Shown piece by piece: positions 46,065 through 51,707 of a DNA stretch of 51,707 nt. The translations under genes were made by a program, and so were the position numbers. The notes under the pieces are model-generated. The model worked only from the letters and a program-made list of their open reading frames with translations, was not told where the DNA came from and searched no databases. Every line of letters starts with the position of its first letter. Within the stretch, counting starts at the first letter, position 1. Source of the DNA: a virus (taxonomy: Duplodnaviria > Caudoviricetes); the IMG/VR virus record IMGVR_UViG_3300037155_000078, positions 1 to 51,707 of that record; one strand, 5' to 3'.

Positions 46065-47084
46065 TCAGTAGGGGATTTGCGCGATCGTGATGGCCTGGCT
46101 GCGAATACACCACCCGGCGCTCACGCGCATCGTGCTCGTCACGTCGAGCCCCTCGGGGATCGGCGTGGTGACTTCGACCGGCGCGATGACGTCGGAATAC
46201 TGAAGCGTATTCCCACTGATGTTCGGCGCGACCATCGCGAACTCGTTGGTGTTGATCCCGCCCATCGTCGGGACGTTCAGTTCGGGGAACACCACGAGCA
46301 CGGCGTCCGTCGTCGCTGAGCCGCCTTGACCGATCAGCGTGTCGTCGAATGCCCACTCGACCGTGTACCCGAACTCTTTGTTGATCGTGGTGATGGTCTG
46401 CGCGGTCGTCGCCGTACCGGCGCCCGGGCGCTGATACGAAGTGAGTTGGATGATGTCCTGAAGCTGCATCGTACCGAGAATGCGCTGCGGCCCGAGAATC
46501 ACTACGCGCACCGGCGTCCCCATGAGGAACATGCGGGAGAGTCCGGCCTGAATGACGCCGTTGAACCAGATCGCGAGCTGGCCGGCGTCGTACGTCCGCA
46601 GAGTCGTGTTGCCGAAACTGTCCGGCGGAAGATTCGAAGTCGTAGCGCCCGGGGTATTGATGAGCCCCTCGGAGTTTGCCGCATTGACGCCGTACAGCCC
46701 AGCGTTTCGAATGAACTGAAAGGCGCCCTGGCGTTGCGCGTACCGATAGGCCATCGGCAGCGCCACATTGTACTCGCCGGCCTCGGCCACGTCGAATTCG
46801 TTATACTCGTTCCGCTGCCGAACCGTGTAGGTCGCGGTCTGAATGAAGTCGGCGGTCAGCGTTGCGCCAGGGAGCGCGTTGTGCGTCGCCTGATTCGCGG
46901 CGATCTGGGTGCGAACATCGAGCCGATTCGCATAGACCACCTTGTCGATCGGGCCGAGTTGAACGCGCAGTCCCTCGCCGGCAAGCACATCCATGTAGCC
47001 GGAAGCCTGAGACTGCGTGATGATCAGGCCCGGTTCGTAGTGGTGCGGGTGAACGAGGGTCCGAGCGTTGAAAACTCCTGGCAT
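46065..47084 (-). CDS. Major capsid protein
   Basis: 339 aa after protease and decoration genes; LYGVNAANSEGLIN, TSYQRPGAGTAT. Confidence 0.88.
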   Translation of the reverse strand: MPGVFNARTLVHPHHYEPGLIITQSQASGYMDVLAGEGLRVQLGPIDKVVYANRLDVRTQIAANQATHNALPGATLTADFIQTATYTVRQRNEYNEFDVAEAGEYNVALPMAYRYAQRQGAFQFIRNAGLYGVNAANSEGLINTPGATTSNLPPDSFGNTTLRTYDAGQLAIWFNGVIQAGLSRMFLMGTPVRVVILGPQRILGTMQLQDIIQLTSYQRPGAGTATTAQTITTINKEFGYTVEWAFDDTLIGQGGSATTDAVLVVFPELNVPTMGGINTNEFAMVAPNISGNTLQYSDVIAPVEVTTPIPEGLDVTSTMRVSAGWCIRSQAITIAQIPY

Positions 47085-47099
47085 TGTAGCGGCCTTTCT

Positions 47100-47690
47100 T
47101 TAGACGCGGACGACGATAACCGAGCCGCCACCGGCCCAGTTCGCAGTGATCGGAGGACCAGCCACATACGTTATGGTCTTGCTGTTGGTGTTGAGGCTGA
47201 TGATCTGTAAGCCGAGCGCACCCGTACCGGCGGCCGCGACCCAGTTGTTGGTGTAGTCCCAATAGATCGCCTGATTCGACGCGCCGCCCGCGAGCGTGTT
47301 GACGTCCGCGGCCTTCACCGGCAGCACGACCCAGAGGCCCGAGCCCACTCGCACGAAGTTGAGCGATTGGCCGGCGTAGTACAACGGCACGTTCGAGGTC
47401 GCCGAGATGAGGCCGGCCGATGCTTGGTTAAAGACGCACCAGGCGTCGATGTTCGCCACGGCGGTTGCTGCGACCGCGGACTCGCCCAACCCTGAAGATG
47501 CCCCGCTACTCGTCGGAGCGGTGACCGTCAGGGTGAGCGGGAGGCTTCCGTAGAGCGGGGTCGTTTGTGCCGCGCCGACGACGCCACCCTCGAGCTGATA
47601 GCGTTTGGCCGGGTCGTCGATGAACGTGCCAGCGACAAATCCGTCGCTTTGGAGCAGGAACGAGCTTCTCGAGACTGAGGTTGCGTACAT
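47100..47690 (-). CDS. Capsid decoration / cement protein
   Basis: SDGFVAG.FIDDP, VFNQA, RVGSG; position. Confidence 0.78.
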   Translation of the reverse strand: MYATSVSRSSFLLQSDGFVAGTFIDDPAKRYQLEGGVVGAAQTTPLYGSLPLTLTVTAPTSSGASSGLGESAVAATAVANIDAWCVFNQASAGLISATSNVPLYYAGQSLNFVRVGSGLWVVLPVKAADVNTLAGGASNQAIYWDYTNNWVAAAGTGALGLQIISLNTNSKTITYVAGPPITANWAGGGSVIVVRV

Positions 47691-47710
47691 AGTGTGACCT
47701 TCCTACTGCC

Positions 47711-49201
47711 TTAGCTGTAGACGTTGCCGCTGGGACGGTTGATCTTCGCAATCGCGAACTTCGTCGGATGCATGAACGGGAGCCACGGAGTGCGATGATC
47801 CCCGATGAACTCGGTGCGCGTCTTTCCATGCGGGTGGGTAACCACTTCCCGTAGGAATCCGGGCTTGTCCATGATCGGCTTTTTCGAGTGCGCAAGCGCT
47901 TCGGCGAAGATCGCATCGGCAACGAGCCCGAAATCCGTCACTTGCTGCGCATCGTGGAATGCGTAGTTGGCGAAGCTCTGCGTGTACTTGCGCACGCCAT
48001 CGGCCAGCCGGCGCAGGTATGCGCGCGGCGCCTCGCCCGGATACGCTCGCGGCGTCTGGTCGCCCAGCATTTGATAGAGCGAATCCCAGCGAGCCCAGGC
48101 TTTGGCGATCTCGTTCGAATCATCGATCGACGGCTGCACGTTCATCGCGTCGAGCCGCCGTAGCATTTCGGCGTTTTGCACTTGCAGCGCATTGTGCTTC
48201 GTGGTGAGCTCGGCGAACTTCGAATCGTGCAGTTGCGTGCCGCGCTCGGCGTCGACCTCTGCCTGTTTGGCTGCGGCGGCGTCTTTCTTGGCCTTGTCGT
48301 CGCGCTCTTTTTCCTCGCGCTCTTTCTCCTCGGATTCCTCGGAGTCGCAACGCGCGCAATCCATGACGTTGCCGTCGTGCTTCGCGTGACGATCCTTGCG
48401 CGAATCGCGCTTCTTCGAGTCGGCCGCGTCCTTTTTGTCCTTCTCTTTTTCGGCCGCCGCGATCGCCTCTTTATCGGATTCGTCCTTGCGACGCTTGTCG
48501 TCGCGCTCTTTTTCGTCGGCGTCTTTGCGCGCGGCGTCCGCTCTTACCATCGCGTCCATTTTCGAGTTCGCGGAGTCGAGCGCGGCTTTCGCGTCGTCGC
48601 GCTCTTTCTTGACTTTTTCGAGATCCTCGTCAGCCACGCTAAGGTCCTTTCGGTCGAGCCTAATGCCCTCGGGTGGTCCGTCCTTATCCCAAACACCGGC
48701 GGCACAGATAGCGAGGTGATCGAGAACGAGCGGAAGCCCTTCGGCCAAAACTTTGCTTCCATCTTTCAATTCTGCGGCCACAGACCCTTTAGGGGGCGTT
48801 ACCCCGGGGCTCGTCGACCGATGCGTCGTCTGCATCACCTGGGCGGCGTCGGAGTTGAAAATCTTGGCGATGCCCCAAACTTCGTCGCCTTTGACGTAGG
48901 GGAGCACGACCGTCCCGATCGCCCGCTCCCCGAACTCCTTGCTATCCAAGCCGGAGCGCTCGGGATGCTCGAAGATGACCGGCAGTCCGTTGCAGCGGTT
49001 GACGAAGTCGTCGTGGAGCCACTCCTTCGGGTCGCGCACCGCCCACTCGTCGAGCGCGTCGCGGTAGGCGGCGCCCGTGCCGGTGATTCGAAGATCGAAC
49101 AGCCAGAAGTCGCCGTATTTGGTCGGCGAGGCCATCTTGCCGTCGCGGATCGCTTCCGCCGTCTCGTGGTCGGTCAAGTCGTCGGCGCGCGCGGATTCCA
49201 C
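47711..49201 (-). CDS. DUF2213 prohead protease-scaffold protein
   Basis: RITGTG, NGLPVIFEHP, STSP, LDHLAIC..GVWD; D/K-rich scaffold region. Confidence 0.9.
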   Translation of the reverse strand: MESARADDLTDHETAEAIRDGKMASPTKYGDFWLFDLRITGTGAAYRDALDEWAVRDPKEWLHDDFVNRCNGLPVIFEHPERSGLDSKEFGERAIGTVVLPYVKGDEVWGIAKIFNSDAAQVMQTTHRSTSPGVTPPKGSVAAELKDGSKVLAEGLPLVLDHLAICAAGVWDKDGPPEGIRLDRKDLSVADEDLEKVKKERDDAKAALDSANSKMDAMVRADAARKDADEKERDDKRRKDESDKEAIAAAEKEKDKKDAADSKKRDSRKDRHAKHDGNVMDCARCDSEESEEKEREEKERDDKAKKDAAAAKQAEVDAERGTQLHDSKFAELTTKHNALQVQNAEMLRRLDAMNVQPSIDDSNEIAKAWARWDSLYQMLGDQTPRAYPGEAPRAYLRRLADGVRKYTQSFANYAFHDAQQVTDFGLVADAIFAEALAHSKKPIMDKPGFLREVVTHPHGKTRTEFIGDHRTPWLPFMHPTKFAIAKINRPSGNVYS

Positions 49202-49256
49202 GCGCAGTCATTCGCTCAAAAATGGTGCAAGGCCCCCGTTCGAGAATCGCTACGGA

Positions 49257-49396
49257 GTCGAGAGGTCCGATGGGCTCGACGAACATCGGCGAGTTCGGAT
49301 CACCGCCGAGCCTTCGCACCCGGCCGCTGACGAGCGGAAGGCACTAACAGTTCTGCGATCGACAACCGGCTCGCCCGAAAAGGCGGGCCGCTGTCG
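49257..49396. ncRNA. Candidate structured RNA of four consecutive hairpins
   Basis: Stems at 49257-280, 49286-309, 49310-342 and 49360-396 in a non-coding gap. Confidence 0.35.
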
Positions 49397-49411
49397 TTCA
49401 CGCCAACTTAG

Positions 49412-49447
49412 GCCATTTTCGCCATTTTCGCCATTTAAGGCATTTAA
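49412..49447. repeat. Tandem 9-bp repeats
   Basis: GCCATTTTC GCCATTTTC GCCATTTAA GGCATTTAA. Confidence 0.85.
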
Positions 49448-49488
49448 GGCGCTGACCGCAAACCGGATAGATGATCGTCATGGGAAAA

Positions 49489-49674
49489 TCAGTTCGCGCC
49501 GACCCAGTGCGTGAATACGCGGCGCGCGTGGATGACCTTCGTCTGCTCGTCGCCTTCCCACGAGATCGCCGTGATCAGCGAGATGGCGACGATGATGTGA
49601 GGCGGCTCGTCCTCGAGGCACGTCTTGATCGTCAAGAGCCCGTCGCCCGGCTTGAGTTTCTCCCCGTTCAGCAC
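49489..49674 (-). CDS. Small hypothetical protein
   Basis: Abuts the upstream stop codon. Confidence 0.55.
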   Translation of the reverse strand: MLNGEKLKPGDGLLTIKTCLEDEPPHIIVAISLITAISWEGDEQTKVIHARRVFTHWVGAN

Positions 49675-49911
49675 TTAGGTCGGGTGCGGCGCTGGCGTCG
49701 CGCTCGCGCTCGGTGCCGGCGAAGGCGCGACATGCTTGATCGCCTTCGAGGCTTTGTGTGCGGTGAACGCGTACGAGCCGATCTTCGCGAGCCACCCGAG
49801 GTCGATCCGGCCTGAGATCGTGATACCGCCGATCTTCACCTTCGCGGCGACGGGCGGCGGGATCGCGAGCAGCAGCGCGCATACCGCGACGAGTAGGGCG
49901 ATGGTTCTCAT
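49675..49911 (-). CDS. Small secreted or membrane protein
   Basis: Signal-peptide-like start; PSPAPSASATPAP tail. Confidence 0.65.
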   Translation of the reverse strand: MRTIALLVAVCALLLAIPPPVAAKVKIGGITISGRIDLGWLAKIGSYAFTAHKASKAIKHVAPSPAPSASATPAPHPT

Positions 49912-49932
49912 TGAGCCCGGTTATTCGTAGAA

Positions 49933-49966
49933 CGGAAAGAGCCGCCCTTGCGGAACGGCCCCTTCG
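49933..49966 (-). terminator. Intrinsic terminator-like hairpin
   Basis: GGGGCCGTTCC-GCAA-GGGCGGCTCTTTCC; close in sequence to the 46012-46040 hairpin. Confidence 0.7.
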
Positions 49967-50128
49967 GTATTTAGTGGTTTTGGAGGAAACTCGCAGCGGT
50001 GTAACTTTGCGAGTTGCTCGTCCCTGTCAGCGTGTAGCTGATACCGTTTTGAAGCGTGTGGGTATAGGGCAGAGCCGTGATTGCTGTCGTCGCCGCGCCG
50101 ACGAGCCTTTGTTGTAGCTTCGCGGCGG

Positions 50129-50362
50129 CTAGAAAGGGCGGATCAGAATCTCCACGTCCTCTAACTTATCCTCGTAGGCGGTCCCGACCGAGCGGGCGGC
50201 CAGCATTCCGACCTCTTGCTCGCTGCCCGCGAGGATCGTCGTGATATCGGTCACGACGACGGACTTCGGACGCTCGCCCGTTTCGATCTGGTCTTTGGTC
50301 GGCTTGGGATGAAAAAGGACCGCGTACTGAAAGAGTTGCTGGCGCGGCTTAGCGTCTGCCAT
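50129..50362 (-). CDS. Conserved small protein ending IRPF; candidate -1 frameshift extension to 49971
   Basis: LFQYAVLFHP..EILIRPF; C CCT TTC TAG. Confidence 0.8.
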   Translation of the reverse strand: MADAKPRQQLFQYAVLFHPKPTKDQIETGERPKSVVVTDITTILAGSEQEVGMLAARSVGTAYEDKLEDVEILIRPF

Positions 50363-50367
50363 GTAAA

Positions 50368-50697
50368 TTACGCTCCCTCTTCTTCGACGGTTTCCTTGGG
50401 CTCTGGGACGTCTTCCAACATGCCGCGCTCGCGCGCTTTATCCCAGAACATTTGAGCCACCGTAAAGGCGCGCTCGATCAACTCCCCGGGCGTTTGTAGG
50501 CGCGCCTTCGAGCGGCCAGCCGAGTCTTCGCCGTCGATCTCTGCTGCGACCATGCCCCACTTCGTGGTCAGTTCCGAAGCCATTGCGCCGGGACCGGTTA
50601 CAATGGACTTGTTCACGATTCTGTAGCCATCGTAGTTGGCTTCGAACCTGACGTGTTTTCCGTCGACGCGAGGGAATTTTTCCTTAGTCAGACTCAC
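50368..50697 (-). CDS. Conserved phage hypothetical protein
   Basis: KWGMVAA..DGEDSAGR...TP.EL.ERA. Confidence 0.75.
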   Translation of the reverse strand: MSLTKEKFPRVDGKHVRFEANYDGYRIVNKSIVTGPGAMASELTTKWGMVAAEIDGEDSAGRSKARLQTPGELIERAFTVAQMFWDKARERGMLEDVPEPKETVEEEGA

Positions 50698-50837
50698 TTC
50701 GAACCATCCTGTTTCAAACAGCGTTGAATATAGATCGCAATCTGCGCCGAGATAGACCGCTTCTCAGCGGTGGCCGCGCGCTCAAGCCTCTTGGCAATTT
50801 GAACGTCCAGGCTAACCATCAATCGGCGCAACGCCAT
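50694..50837 (-). CDS. Ribbon-helix-helix (Arc-like) regulator
   Basis: RLMVSLD...LERAA..EKRSISAQI. Confidence 0.78.
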   Translation of the reverse strand: MALRRLMVSLDVQIAKRLERAATAEKRSISAQIAIYIQRCLKQDGSK

Positions 50838-50872
50838 GCAACACTCTACAACGCCCAGATACGCCCTGTCAA
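50838..50872 (-). promoter_or_regulatory. Sigma70-type leaderless promoter
   Basis: TTGACA-N18-TAGAGT-N5-ATG(50837); GGGCGT direct repeat in the spacer. Confidence 0.7.
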
Positions 50873-51015
50873 CTAGGCGAGCACCGGTCCCCACCGCTTG
50901 AACTCGTCCACGCCCATCTCGCGCACGCCCCCGATCCGAGCGCCCCCCATCCCATCGCTGAACCCGAGTGTGTACGCACCGACCGCCTCGGCGCGCGAAT
51001 CGAAACCGATCAGGA
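50873..51015 (-). pseudogene. C-terminal remnant resembling the phage inorganic-pyrophosphatase-like domain
   Basis: FLIGFDSRAEAVGAYTLGFSDGMGGARIGGVREMGVDEFKRW; no start codon, N-terminal part missing. Confidence 0.5.
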
Positions 51016-51125
51016 AAGTCGTGGCTGGGATGATCCCGGTTCAGAAGGCCAAGATCGACCGGGACAGCCCCAAGAAGCCGAAGCGCAAGCGGAAGCGCCC
51101 CTGAAGCCTGTTTTAGGCCAGGGTC

Positions 51126-51431
51126 CTAGCTAAGCGGCAGAACGGGTTGCGGGATCGCTGGCTTGAGGTCGTTGTCCTCTTCGATCCTGAGCATCCGAAT
51201 GTCGCGGACCGCATCCCCGAACCACGGTAGTTCGCGAGCCATTCGCTGGACCAAAAGGACGCACGTAACCGGGTCGGTGCCCTTCTTGCCAAAATAGACG
51301 CTACCTTGAACGCCCGTGAACCCCTCGTCTTCAAGGATGCGGCGGACTAAGCGATAGCCGGTCTGGTAAGATTGCTCTCCAAAAACGGTTTCGAGGACCT
51401 TCGTATCGAGGTCGAAGGCGATGGCGTACAA
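51126..51431 (-). CDS. vapD: VapD (Cas2-like fold) nuclease
   Basis: MYAIAFDLDT, GF..VQGSVY, PWF..AVRDIRMLRIEE.NDL; TTG 51431 with GGGAG RBS. Confidence 0.9.
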   Translation of the reverse strand: MYAIAFDLDTKVLETVFGEQSYQTGYRLVRRILEDEGFTGVQGSVYFGKKGTDPVTCVLLVQRMARELPWFGDAVRDIRMLRIEEDNDLKPAIPQPVLPLS

Positions 51432-51580
51432 GCGGACACTCCCTAGCGGCAGAGTTCCCAAGCCGCTTTTTGGCTGTATTTCCGCCAGGAGTCGGTCAAG
51501 AACTTCCATTCCAGAAACCTCTTCGAGCACGATCAAGTTGCCGAAAAGGCTTCGCCTGATTTCATAGGATTCCCTATGAT

Positions 51581-51707
51581 CCGGTAGGATGGGGTCTTAC
51601 CGCGCTTTGGGGTTGGTTGCGTCTTGTGCTAGTCTATTAGCCCTTGACCGACATTCAAGAAGATGGGAAACCGTCCAAGAAGCAGCTCTCCGTCAGACTC
51701 GACTGGA
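51581..51707. repeat. Terminal direct repeat (circular overlap), copy 2
   Basis: Identical to 1-127. Confidence 0.95.

Noticed and set aside
49327-49381. Hammerhead ribozyme (CTGACGAG...GAAA)
   Set aside because: Stem II does not pair between the two core motifs; each motif lies in a separate hairpin
50898-51104. Plus-strand ORF or IS remnant ending KKPKRKRKRP
   Set aside because: No transposase, convincing terminal inverted repeats or target duplication; most of it is antisense to the pyrophosphatase-like remnant
51126-51431. Cas2 of a CRISPR-Cas system
   Set aside because: Motifs fit VapD; no cas1 or array present
51581-51707. 127-bp repeat as a biological terminal repeat or att site
   Set aside because: Exact identity, a length matching a common assembler k-mer and overlap with a coding 3' end point to circular assembly overlap
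1-51707. tRNA or rRNA genes
   Set aside because: No cloverleaf with a T-loop consensus seen in intergenic gaps by eye; tRNAscan-SE/ARAGORN was not run

Overview
The window is a complete, circularly permuted genome of a GC-rich contractile-tailed dsDNA phage. The unique length is about 51,580 bp; bases 1-127 equal 51581-51707, most likely assembler overlap. The virion module resembles Bcep781/AP22-type myoviruses: TerS, TerL, DUF1073-type portal, head morphogenesis protein, DUF2213 protease, major capsid, neck, sheath, tube, tape measure with SLT domain, baseplate, fibres and lysis genes, all on the minus strand. A plus-strand early region (11.2-22.1 kb) holds SSB, KTSC, a nuclease and DNA methyltransferases, but I recognise no polymerase, helicase, primase, Rep initiator or integrase. 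Main findings: (1) a bacterial-oriC-like origin (about 13 DnaA boxes, three at 11-bp spacing, then tandem boxes, trio-like repeats and an AT-rich tract) next to a gene encoding only DnaA domain IV; (2) a C5 methyltransferase with two overlapping reading frames, both broken by one G11 tract; (3) an accessory gene array built from reused junction sequences around different cargo; (4) mini-proteins resembling isolated fragments of terminase and of antitoxins (possible decoys); (5) a GIY-YIG insertion that duplicates the 3' end of its host gene, a candidate -1 frameshift, candidate ACG/ATT/CTG starts, a signal-peptide-bearing tail fibre and an orphan VapD. All family calls come from motif recognition by eye; no searches were run.
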